Source: Polyangiaceae bacterium (GTDB taxonomy: Bacteria; Myxococcota_A; Polyangia; Polyangiales; Polyangiaceae). Taken from it: a stretch of DNA of 64,000 nucleotides. This document shows, piece by piece, positions 47,653-56,915 of the stretch (positions within the stretch are counted from its first letter, which is position 1; each line of letters opens with the position of its first letter). The notes beneath the pieces are model-generated. The model searched no databases and was not told where the DNA came from. It worked only from the letters and a program-made list of their open reading frames with translations. The stretch lies in assembly GCA_965222375.1 (NCBI GenBank), contig CBDCTZ010000015.1:832001-896000 (forward strand), in the 5' to 3' direction. The translations under genes were made by a program, and so were the position numbers.

Positions 47653-50600
47653 TCAGAACAGCCCAATGCTGAAGTGGAATGCACCGATGTCTTCCCAGAA
47701 TCGCTGTTCGACGCGCTCAGGGAAGAACTCGTCAAGGACGCGGTCGACATTGAAACCATAGTCGAAGGCCAGAGGACCAATGGGCGTGCCAATGCGCAAA
47801 CCGCTTCCCACCGCGTAGCGAAGCGCAGTGACTTCGACCAGCTCCGGTTTCGTCCACAGGTTGCCGGCGTCGAGAAATGCGGCAGTCTGCACGCTTCCGC
47901 TTAGAGGGATTCGCAGCTCCGCGCGCGGGTTGATGAAGGCGTCGCCGCCGCGAATGACGACTTCGCGGAGCGTCAGGCCCGAGTTGGGGTCGAGCAGCTG
48001 TTGAGCAATGTCCTCGGGAACCATCGAGTCTTGGAGAAAACCGCGCAAGGAGTCAACGCCACCAAGAAAGAACAGTCGATCCGGATAGGTGCGCGAATCA
48101 GGGATCAGCTGAGTGTTCACGCCCCAGCGGAAGGAAACGGCCAGAGCCAGCCCCTTGTCGCTGAACCGCGCATAGGCGGCCAAGCGATTGGACAGGCGCA
48201 GAAACTGGCTCACCGTGGCCGCGAAAACGCTTTCCTGGCCTGGCGCCACCTCGGCGTCTTCGTCGCCGACGGGAGTTGCACGCACGTGCTCGAGGCTCGC
48301 ACTGACCAGAGTGCCCGTCGTCGCGCCCAAGGGGTTGTCCCGACGATCCCAGGTGACACCGAGGCGCTCTGCCACAGCCACCGTCGTACCCTCTGGCACG
48401 CGGAAAGCGCTGCGCCGGGCCGGGTTGTTCTTCACGTACTCTTCCAAGGCGCCCTTCTGAGTCGAACCGAAAATCTCTGCGTTGTTCAACTCTAGGGAGC
48501 CGCCGATGGTGGCAGAGAAACGCCGAGAGGGCCGGAAGATGAGCGTCACGATGCCCGCGTCCTTGGTGAGGCCGAAGTCGCGAGCGTTGTCCCTCACATC
48601 AATGCCCTCGACGCTGAGTCGAAACAGCGGCCCCAAGCCAACATCTGGAAACTCCACCGTCGCGCTATTGCGCCGCTCGAGGCGCTGCCCCACGTCGAGC
48701 TCGTCGTACTTCTCACGTACGTCCTTTTCGAGAATGAACGCGCCTGGCAGATAACCGAGCTGCGAGCGCAGAGTGAGCTGGATGGCTTCACCACCCAGGT
48801 TGCGGTGACCGTATTCGAAGGTGAAACGAAAGCCCTCGCCGGTCGAAAACCCGGGACGCACATCCAAGTACTGCGGCTTGCGCTCCTGAACGGTGATGAC
48901 GACGACCTTTTCCTTGGCCGGAACGTAGGGGTCTTCGAAGCCGACGGTGACCGCAGAAAACACGCCAAGGGTGGCCAGGCGCTCTTCCGTGGCCCGCACC
49001 CAACTCCGTCGATACGGCCGCCCCACTTCCAGCGCAACGCGACTTCGAATCAGGCTCTCGTTAGTGCGCTGGGCACCGCGCACGACAATGCCCGATACGA
49101 TCACGCGCTCGCGCTCACCAATGACGAAGCGTGCGCGCGCCCGAGTGCGATCCGGCGAAAGCTCGAGGGCCGTCTCCACGTCCGCGAAAGCGAAGCCCTC
49201 TTCGGCGTAGTCATCGAGGAGCCGCCGCCGCGCCTTGTCCAAGCCAAGCTGGGACGCCGGCCCGCCCAGCTCCATGTCCGCGGTTTCCTTGAGTCGCTCT
49301 TCCGTGAAACGCTTGTTCCCTTCGAAGCGGATGTCGTAGAGCATCGCCTGGGGCCCGATCTTGATCGGAATGTGAAGCACCGCGTTGGGTTCACAGCGGA
49401 TGCCTTTCGCCGCGTCCGGCGTGCAGGTCAGGGATGGATCCACGGGCGGTTCGGGCAGCGGAACGCGAACCTCGTCCACGGCGCAGGCCGTTCGGGGTCG
49501 GCGACGGGGACCCACGGGCCGACATACGTGAGGCTGCGTGCGGGGATCGCAGCGACGCCGCAGCAACGTGGCGGGGCCGACGACGACGGAAAGGTAGCCC
49601 TCGGAACGATACAAGTCGCGCACGTGCTTGAGAGCGCGGTCGTACACGTCCGGCATGTAGGTCAGCCAGGGATTGGGTTCGTAGGGTACGACGCGAGCGC
49701 CAGTGGTTTGCTTCGGCCCGAAGGTCTGGTCCACCACGCGAGAATCAACCGAACCCAGAATAGTTCCGCCCGGCAGCTCCTCGGAAAGCACGCCGTCGAT
49801 TTCGCTGCCTACGTCTGCCGGGCCCCGAGCACCACTCAGGCAGGCAAACTCTCGTGCCACGACTCGCACCGGCCGCCCCTCTCGAACTCGGAAGACTAGA
49901 TCCAAGATCGGCGAGTCCGCTTTGCCTCGTTCCTTGACGTTGATCACGGCGTCGAAAAAGCCACGCTGCGCGTAGAACTCGCCGAGGCGCGACACCAGGG
50001 TGGCCGGAGCGCGGTCTTCACTGTCTTCGAGATCCAATGCGCCGCGAAGCTGGGCATCGTCGAAGCGAATATTGCCCTCGAAACGCGGGCGAATCAGAGG
50101 CCCAGCCCGAACGATCAGCTGAAGGAGCACCCCATCCGGCCGGACCTGGGCGTTGTGAGTCACGCTAGCTCGATGCCACCCTCGCTCACGCAGCAACTTC
50201 TCGAATTCGACGTTGGCCGCCTCCACGACTTCCGTGTCGTAGCGATCTCCGTCCGCGATGGGATATCGCTCTATCGCCTTGCGAATACCCGTGACAGTAG
50301 TGCTCGGCCAGACGGCGAATTGACGTTCCGTCACGCGCAAGGGTTCGCCAGGAGCGATGTGCACGGACAGCACCACGCGAAGGGGGTCGTCCGTGTCCGT
50401 GGCGGTAACTGCCGCGCGCACGTTTGGAAAGCCTCGACGGCGGTGCATTCTCTCCAAGCGCTCGGCCAAGTCACCCAAGCCCGGTGATGTGATCTCACCG
50501 CCCTGACGAACTTCCGCGGCCGCAAGCACGCTGTCCGCGTCCAAAGGTGAACCCTTGATCCGCAAAGACGCGATCAGGCGACGCGGCAACACCTCCAGCA

Positions 50601-51015
50601 CGAGCTGAGCGCCCACACCGTCCGCCTCCAGCTTCGCGCGGACGCTCGCAAAGCCTCCGCTATCGAGTAGCTCCCGCATGGCGCGCCGGGTGAGCTCACC
50701 GGTCACGACTTCGCCGATGACAACGCGCTTCAACGTGGTCTGGGTTTGCCAGCGCCCTCCCAGGGTCACGAACTTCACCTGGGTCAGGGGCTTGCCCATC
50801 AACTTCGAGGTGGACGGAGGGCGCAGAGTCGGAATGGAACTCTGGGATTCACCCCGCGACTCGACGATACGCCGCTGTGGTTTTTTCGCCGCCGCGTTCC
50901 CCTTGTCAGCCGGCGACTCGGGCTTCGGCTGCGCGGCTAGCGGTGCGGAAAGCAGCGCCACCGCGACGCCAGCAAGACAAGCCTCGCTCGCGCTCCGCCA
51001 CCAACCGAGCCTCAT
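47653..51015 (-). CDS. Omp85 (BamA/TamA-family) outer-membrane protein with multiple POTRA domains
   Basis: POTRA (FEGN..F, Y.EEGF..A, GAQRT), WDRRDNPL, FFLGG..LRGF, ELRIP, FLDAGN, TPIGPLAFDYG, FHFSIGLF. Confidence 0.9.
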   Translation of the reverse strand: MRLGWWRSASEACLAGVAVALLSAPLAAQPKPESPADKGNAAAKKPQRRIVESRGESQSSIPTLRPPSTSKLMGKPLTQVKFVTLGGRWQTQTTLKRVVIGEVVTGELTRRAMRELLDSGGFASVRAKLEADGVGAQLVLEVLPRRLIASLRIKGSPLDADSVLAAAEVRQGGEITSPGLGDLAERLERMHRRRGFPNVRAAVTATDTDDPLRVVLSVHIAPGEPLRVTERQFAVWPSTTVTGIRKAIERYPIADGDRYDTEVVEAANVEFEKLLRERGWHRASVTHNAQVRPDGVLLQLIVRAGPLIRPRFEGNIRFDDAQLRGALDLEDSEDRAPATLVSRLGEFYAQRGFFDAVINVKERGKADSPILDLVFRVREGRPVRVVAREFACLSGARGPADVGSEIDGVLSEELPGGTILGSVDSRVVDQTFGPKQTTGARVVPYEPNPWLTYMPDVYDRALKHVRDLYRSEGYLSVVVGPATLLRRRCDPRTQPHVCRPVGPRRRPRTACAVDEVRVPLPEPPVDPSLTCTPDAAKGIRCEPNAVLHIPIKIGPQAMLYDIRFEGNKRFTEERLKETADMELGGPASQLGLDKARRRLLDDYAEEGFAFADVETALELSPDRTRARARFVIGERERVIVSGIVVRGAQRTNESLIRSRVALEVGRPYRRSWVRATEERLATLGVFSAVTVGFEDPYVPAKEKVVVITVQERKPQYLDVRPGFSTGEGFRFTFEYGHRNLGGEAIQLTLRSQLGYLPGAFILEKDVREKYDELDVGQRLERRNSATVEFPDVGLGPLFRLSVEGIDVRDNARDFGLTKDAGIVTLIFRPSRRFSATIGGSLELNNAEIFGSTQKGALEEYVKNNPARRSAFRVPEGTTVAVAERLGVTWDRRDNPLGATTGTLVSASLEHVRATPVGDEDAEVAPGQESVFAATVSQFLRLSNRLAAYARFSDKGLALAVSFRWGVNTQLIPDSRTYPDRLFFLGGVDSLRGFLQDSMVPEDIAQQLLDPNSGLTLREVVIRGGDAFINPRAELRIPLSGSVQTAAFLDAGNLWTKPELVEVTALRYAVGSGLRIGTPIGPLAFDYGFNVDRVLDEFFPERVEQRFWEDIGAFHFSIGLF

Positions 51016-51118
51016 TACGCCTTCATACCGCGGGTTTTGGCCCGGCCGACAGCTTCCGGACACCCCCGACCCAAGAAATGGGCACAGAGGGCGGAGGGCG
51101 GCTAACATTTCGCGCCCC

Positions 51119-52363
51119 ATGGCCGAGGCTGCGCCCAAAAAGGAGACCACGACCAAGAAGCGCTCGCCGCGCGGCCGCCTGAAGAAGTGGCTGATTGGGC
51201 TCGGGATCGGGCTGCCGGTTTCGATCTTGGTGCTCTGGATTCTAGTCCATCGAGTGGAATGGCTCGGGCCCCTGATCGCGAACTCGCTGCGTGCAGTGAT
51301 CGGACCTGAACGCGTCGCCAAACTGGAGGACTTCGCCTACGGAGTCGAAGACCGCTTCAACCGCTGGTGGAAGAAGGACGAAAAGCCCAAGGCGTATTGG
51401 GAGGTTCCCCCGGAGGAGTCCGCACAGCCCACCGCGGTGGTCGACGCAGGACCTGACGGACCACCCCCGCTGCCGCCGTTTCGCCCCGCAGACGTGCCGC
51501 CGGTGCACGAGAGTTGGTCAGCGCCCGGTGACGGCAAGTGGGTGCGCATCGTGGATCCGCGACGCCCCAAGGAACCCGCCTACATGTTCAAAACCCTGCT
51601 GCATCCCGACAAGAATCGCTCCTGGGCGGAGCTTTTCGTCGTTGCAGTCGACTTGCGACGGGTTCAGGCGCAAGCCGTCGCCGGCTACCGCGAACCGAAG
51701 AGCCACACCAAGGAGGGCATGGACTACAAGCGCACCGCGACCATTCCGAAAGAGCACCAAGAAGAGCTTCTTGCGGCCTTCAATGGCGGCTTCATGACCG
51801 AACACGGCTGGTACGGTATGAAAGTCGAAGGCGTGACGCTGGTGAAACCTCGCAAGAAGGCGTGCACCTTTGCCCACTACGAAGACGGTAGCTACGAGAT
51901 CGCCACCTGGAACAAGATCGAGGAAAAGGAACCCAAGATGAAGTGGTACCGGCAGGCGCCAGGCTGCATGTACGAAAACGGCGAGATGCACATCGGGTTG
52001 CGAGACCCCAAAAACCGTTCCTGGGGCGCCACTCTGGATGGGGAAACCGTGATTCGGCGTTCTGCGGTTGGGCTGAGCGAGGACGCACAGGTGCTGTACG
52101 TCGGCATCGGTAACAGCACGACGGCTGCCGCTATCGCGCGAGGCATGTTTCACGCGGGAGCCAAAGACGTCGCACAAATGGACGTCAACTGGTCCTATCC
52201 CAAGTTCGTCCTCTTCGAGCCCGCCGAAGCTGGAACCGAACGCATGGCCGTAGCCTTGGCCAAGGGCTTCGAGTTTTCCGAAAACGAGTACATTCGCAAG
52301 CGCTCCTATCGTGACTTCTTCTACCTGGTACGTAGCGACAAGGGCGCGCTGGCGCAGAACTGA
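51119..52363 (+). CDS. Membrane-anchored phosphodiester glycosidase (NAGPA)-like protein
   Basis: N-terminal TM, AAFNGGF, RRSAVG, AQMDVN. Confidence 0.6.
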   Translation: MAEAAPKKETTTKKRSPRGRLKKWLIGLGIGLPVSILVLWILVHRVEWLGPLIANSLRAVIGPERVAKLEDFAYGVEDRFNRWWKKDEKPKAYWEVPPEESAQPTAVVDAGPDGPPPLPPFRPADVPPVHESWSAPGDGKWVRIVDPRRPKEPAYMFKTLLHPDKNRSWAELFVVAVDLRRVQAQAVAGYREPKSHTKEGMDYKRTATIPKEHQEELLAAFNGGFMTEHGWYGMKVEGVTLVKPRKKACTFAHYEDGSYEIATWNKIEEKEPKMKWYRQAPGCMYENGEMHIGLRDPKNRSWGATLDGETVIRRSAVGLSEDAQVLYVGIGNSTTAAAIARGMFHAGAKDVAQMDVNWSYPKFVLFEPAEAGTERMAVALAKGFEFSENEYIRKRSYRDFFYLVRSDKGALAQN

Positions 52364-52525
52364 GCACACAGAACCGAGCGTTCGAGAGCACCGCCCAGAA
52401 GGCTGCACTGATCCGCGCACCTTTTTTGGGGGGCTGCAGAGCTTTGTGGCTCCCCAGTACGTCGCGACACCTGGCACTGCGGTGCCCGCCGGAGCACCCC
52501 ACCACGACCTTGCGTGGGGCGCCGC

Positions 52526-52709
52526 GGCTCATCGCTGCAGCGCTCGGCCCGAAGGGCCCTCGTGGCTCATCGCTCCAGCGTTCGGCCCGAAGGGCCCTCG
52601 TGGCTCGTCGCTCCAGCGTTCGGCCCGAAGGGCCCTCGTGGCTCATCGCTCCAGCGCTCGGCCCGAAGGGCCCTCGTGGCTCATCGCTCCAGCGTTCGGC
52701 CCGAAGGGC
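52526..52709. repeat. 38-bp palindromic tandem repeat (REP-like), about 4.8 copies
   Basis: Unit ggctcatcgctccagcgttcggcccgaagggccctcgt at 52526, 52564, 52602, 52640, 52678; no spacers. Confidence 0.95.
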
Positions 52710-52795
52710 GTTGGCGGCACCGTCGAGTCTCCTTGGCAAACACGCGGCCCGCGAACCAGCCGAGTGCGTTGCGGTCTTCGCTGCTTGCGCAAGCG

Positions 52796-53548
52796 CTACT
52801 TGCTATTCCATTGGTATGTGAACTCGGCGATCTTGCCGCCACCCTGGTCGACGTAGGCGGTGAAGAACGTCGGCTTCGCGGTGTAGCCCAGCTTGGTGCT
52901 GACGGTGTTCGGGCAGGTGATGCTTCGCGTGATTTGCGCGGCGCTCGCGACGTAAGTGCCCGAGGACGTGACGTCGGAAGGCGCAGTGCCGTCGCGCTCC
53001 ACGGTCTTCAGCTCGTTGCCTACGAAGCGCAGAGAACGCCAGAAGGTCGTGCCCGTTGCACCGCCGTACAAGTTGACGCCCACCAACTTGTAGAACCCGT
53101 CCGTGATGCTCCCGCCCGCAGGCGAGGGCGCGCTGCCACCCATGGGTGCAGCCGTCACTTGGGTTCCGATTTGAACGAGATAGTTGCAGGCGCTACTAGA
53201 GCCGTCGTGACCGGCGTCGCCGGAACCACCATCCGCGCCTGCCGCACCCGCACCACCGTCGCTCCCAGCGGAACCGGCGCTCCCAGCGGAGCCGGCGCTT
53301 CCCGCCGTGCCGCCCGCGCTACCCCCAGAGCCCGCGATGCCACCACTGCCCGCGGCACCGCCGCTCGCGCTTCCACTCGCCCCACCGCTACCGCCTGTAG
53401 CGCCACCGCCACCTGTTGCTCCGCTGCCACCGCTAGCCGACGAACCGCCGCTACTACTGAGGTCCTTGACGGGGCCCGGATCGTTGTCACAGGCGGCAAC
53501 GAGGCAGCCCACACTGAGCAACACTGCCGCGCGGGTTCCGATAAGCAT
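52796..53548 (-). CDS. Lipoprotein, Gly linker plus small beta domain
   Basis: VAAC lipobox, P.PAGGSITDGFYKL. Confidence 0.8.
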   Translation of the reverse strand: MLIGTRAAVLLSVGCLVAACDNDPGPVKDLSSSGGSSASGGSGATGGGGATGGSGGASGSASGGAAGSGGIAGSGGSAGGTAGSAGSAGSAGSAGSDGGAGAAGADGGSGDAGHDGSSSACNYLVQIGTQVTAAPMGGSAPSPAGGSITDGFYKLVGVNLYGGATGTTFWRSLRFVGNELKTVERDGTAPSDVTSSGTYVASAAQITRSITCPNTVSTKLGYTAKPTFFTAYVDQGGGKIAEFTYQWNSK

Positions 53549-53632
53549 GACCTAGTGTGCCTCATTCTGAGGCGGGAGACGAGCCGGGTTGCGCGGAAGT
53601 GAGGCTGCTCGCCAGCGTGCTAGGCTCCACGA

Positions 53633-54823
53633 GTGCGGCCGCTGAAAGCCTTGCTGATAGTCGCCGTCGCTTGCACGAGCTGTTCGACGCTGCTCGGCGT
53701 GGATGGCGACTTCGACGACCAGAGCGCCGACGCCAGCGCGGGCGGAAGCGCTGACGCTTCGGGCGGAGGCAGCGGTGGCGGACTTGGAGCCACCGGAGGC
53801 GGCGGAAACGCGGGTGCGTCCGGCGGGAGCGCCGGCGCACCCGGCGGCAGTGCGGGCGCTTCCGGCGGCGGTGCGGGCGCCACGGGCGGCAGTGACGCGG
53901 GGCCGGGTGAGATCTGCGACAACGGAGTCGACGACGATGGGGACAATCAAGCCGACTGCGCAGACTCGGACTGCCTAGCCGGCGGTGGATACAGCTGCGT
54001 GACGAACGCCCCCGCGGGTTGGGCGGGGCCCTTCGCGTTTTCCGTTGGGGCGCCGCCTTACCCAGCGTGTCCGGCTCCCTACTCGAAGGTCGAGTTACGG
54101 GGCGGGGAGAACATCGTGGCGCCGCCCGCGATGTGTTCCGGCTGCAGCTGTGGGACGCCGGCAAACGTGAAATGTGCGACGACCGCAACCACCTACACCG
54201 ACGCGGGCTGCACGAAAAACAAGCTCGGGCTGTTCCCACCGGAGAGCGCGTGCAACGGCGTCCCAGTCAACCAAAGTTTTTCGCAAACCCACGCCATCAC
54301 CAATGGTGCACTGTCTGCGATTGGGGGCAGCTGCTCCCCATCTGCTGGCACCAAGAGCGTTCCGCCTTTCACGTGGACGTCCTCCAAACAGTTATGCGGC
54401 GGCGCCAAGAGTGGGGCGGGTTGCACTGCGGGTTCGAGTTGTCTCCCCATGCCCAAGGCGCCGTTCGCCGCGAAGCTCTGCATCACAAAGCCCGGCGACG
54501 AGATTTGCCCCTCGCCTTTCTTGAACAAGCATCCGCTCTATGCCGACGCCACGGATTCGCGCGATTGCTCGTGCGCGTGCAACGGATCCACAGGCGGAAG
54601 TTGCACCGGCGGCACCATCAACTTCTATCCAGGCAGTTCCAAGTGTAGCGGCACGCCGGTGACCCTCACACCAAACGTCTGCAAGCCCACCACACCCTTC
54701 AAGTCCTTCTCCGTCAGCGTATCCGGCGCCACGGTCGTAACTGCCGGAAGCTGCTCGCCCACGAAGAAGACCTCCGGCACCGCCACGCCCGACGACCTGC
54801 GCACGGTGTGCTGCCTGCAGTAG
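53633..54823 (+). CDS. Cys-rich lipoprotein
   Basis: Lipobox near CTSC, EICDNGVDDDGD..ADCADSDC, DSRDCSCAC, TVCC. Confidence 0.85.
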   Translation: MRPLKALLIVAVACTSCSTLLGVDGDFDDQSADASAGGSADASGGGSGGGLGATGGGGNAGASGGSAGAPGGSAGASGGGAGATGGSDAGPGEICDNGVDDDGDNQADCADSDCLAGGGYSCVTNAPAGWAGPFAFSVGAPPYPACPAPYSKVELRGGENIVAPPAMCSGCSCGTPANVKCATTATTYTDAGCTKNKLGLFPPESACNGVPVNQSFSQTHAITNGALSAIGGSCSPSAGTKSVPPFTWTSSKQLCGGAKSGAGCTAGSSCLPMPKAPFAAKLCITKPGDEICPSPFLNKHPLYADATDSRDCSCACNGSTGGSCTGGTINFYPGSSKCSGTPVTLTPNVCKPTTPFKSFSVSVSGATVVTAGSCSPTKKTSGTATPDDLRTVCCLQ

Positions 54824-54972
54824 GGCTACGACTCGGCTGCTGCTCCCTCGCCGAGCTGGAGGGCCCAATTCGGGCCACCCGCCGCCGGAGCTAAGTACAG
54901 CTCAGCAGACCTTCGTGGCGGCCCTCCGGCGCAGCTGGCACTGCAGCGGACGTGAAAACGGAGGAGTCGTTG

Positions 54973-55722
54973 ATGAACTCGAGAGTGCTAATCAGGGGAA
55001 AGGGCCAGGACTGCGGCTTGGGGCGGGGCGCAGGTTGGTTGTTGGCGGCCCTCTGGCTCAGCGGAGGTTGCGCCTCGACGGAAACCGACCTGGGCGAAGG
55101 CCAGAGCGGAGGCGGGCAGTCCGGTGGAGCGGGGGTGGCCCAGCCCGACGCGAGCGTCACCGACGCCAGCTTCCCAGACGTCGATTCAGGCTCCATCACG
55201 CAGCCTGACGCTGGCCACACTACGGACGCGGCCCCAGAGGCTGCTCCTGCGCTGGACGCGACCCCCGACTCCCCGCCGCCTCAGGATAGCGGCAGTGTCA
55301 CTTGCAAGGGTGAGCTCGTCACGATCGAAATCGAGGGCTCCTGCGAATGCCCGCTCACCCCCGCTGCCTGCAAGAACTGCGTCAAGTCTTCGGTGCTGCA
55401 ACCGGGCAAGTATCGCATCGAGTACATGTATGGCGCGGCGACCACCAAAGCTAGCAAGCCATGGAACGGACGCTTCACCTCATCCTGCGCTTCCTGCGGC
55501 GGCAGCTACAAATGCTGGAGCGTGCAGAGCAACCTTGGCGAGCTTCCCGGCTTCGTGCCCGAAAAACAAGCTTGGCAATCCGCCCTGCAAGCCGAGTCCG
55601 CGAATGCTGGCAGCGCCATCACCGTCACCGTGACCCAAGCCACCCCCCTCAAGGCCTGGTACCACGACAACATCTGTGAGGATTCGCTCGGCTCGATTAC
55701 CTACTGCATCGAACCGCTGTAG
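54973..55722 (+). CDS. Lipoprotein of unknown function
   Basis: GAGGAG SD, SGGC lipobox, DAS/DAG linker, C-terminal beta domain. Confidence 0.7.
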   Translation: MNSRVLIRGKGQDCGLGRGAGWLLAALWLSGGCASTETDLGEGQSGGGQSGGAGVAQPDASVTDASFPDVDSGSITQPDAGHTTDAAPEAAPALDATPDSPPPQDSGSVTCKGELVTIEIEGSCECPLTPAACKNCVKSSVLQPGKYRIEYMYGAATTKASKPWNGRFTSSCASCGGSYKCWSVQSNLGELPGFVPEKQAWQSALQAESANAGSAITVTVTQATPLKAWYHDNICEDSLGSITYCIEPL

Positions 55723-55967
55723 CCACCATTGTAGCTGGCGTTTTGCGGTGCGCAGGCGTCTTGAAGCCGCTTCGGTGCGATTCGAGCCCACCCGTTCTGG
55801 AACGCTGGGCTGCCCACTAGAAAGGTGTCCGGTCAACTGGCTCTCACCTGACGGCTGTCGCCCAAAACCCCACTTGGCAACGCTGAGCTCGTTCTGAGAC
55901 CACCTGATCGCGCCATACCCACCCGTGCGCTACTACCGGACGCGGAGCAACAGGCTATCCTCCGCGC

Positions 55968-56276
55968 GTGAAAACGACACATCGCTGCCCCAAGTGCCAA
56001 TTCGATCGCATTCTGTACATCACGCATGTCGCCGACCGCTACGGCGAGTACGCGACGTCGGAGGCCTCCACGCCGATGAAGGTCGCCCACTACCGAAAGC
56101 AGGTGGGGTCGGTGTTCGGCCTGGCCATGACGAAGACCGAGCGCTCCGGTGAACTCGAAGCCGGTGTGTGTCGGCGCTGCGGCTACACCGAGTTCTACAC
56201 CAAGGATCCGGACCAGATCATCGTGGACGGAACTCACGTGCGGGAACTCATCGGGACCCAGGCCTACCGCGAATAG
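55968..56276 (+). CDS. Small zinc-ribbon protein
   Basis: CPKC..CRRCGYTEFY. Confidence 0.75.
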   Translation: MKTTHRCPKCQFDRILYITHVADRYGEYATSEASTPMKVAHYRKQVGSVFGLAMTKTERSGELEAGVCRRCGYTEFYTKDPDQIIVDGTHVRELIGTQAYRE

Positions 56277-56303
56277 CAACAGACCCCGTCCGCGGGAGCG
56301 TGC

Positions 56304-56664
56304 TCAACAACCGTCGACGGCCAGGTCCATCGCTTTCAGAACGTCCTTTGCGGGTACCCAGGGCGCCGTGGATGGAAAGCTCAGCTCGAGGTCGGTATCC
56401 ACGGTTTTGGGAAACTCGAAGGGGTTGGCACTCGGCTTCCAAGTTATCGAGCCGCTGGCGTCACTGGCACCGACTTTTGTCGCCGGTGCGGGTCCAGTTG
56501 GCAGGCAGTTCGACACCTCATTGGTGATCGACGCAGATTCCACCGCTAGCGGCTCCGGTGCCACCGGAGCCGCCGCTTTGGCCCGTGGTGTCGCTTTCCG
56601 AACTGCCCCCGCAGGCCACACCGAAGGCCATCGCAATTCCAGCCAACACCGCGAGTCTCGGCAT
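56304..56664 (-). pseudogene. Frameshifted / internally deleted lipoprotein
   Basis: MPRLAVLAGIAMAFGVAC plus Gly linker stops at 56518; a protein-like C-terminus (SITNEVSNC..KAMDLAVDGC*) continues in another frame. Confidence 0.55.
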
Positions 56665-56915
56665 CGTGTCCCCATCTTCGCCCGCAGACGGGTCCGCGAC
56701 AAGGCGCAGCTCTGGGCGCGGGGCAGCGACCGTCGAAGTCGACCGCGACAAGGCCGGCGCCACTCCGCCCTTCGTCGCCCACGTCAACATCGAATGGACA
56801 AATCCCGGGAAGCCCGCTTCCTCCTCGGCTACACTGGTATGCTGAGTCGCTAAGCTCGCCCCGGAAATGCAGCCGCGGCCACCACCGCCGCTCTCCCGAA
56901 TGGTGATAAGGATCC

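Noticed and set aside
50678..51321. Apparent long overlap between the Omp85 and NAGPA-like ORFs
   Set aside because: Disappears with starts at 51015(-) and 51119(+).
52526..52709. Possible CRISPR array
   Set aside because: Units are directly adjacent with no unique spacers, and there are no cas genes in the window.
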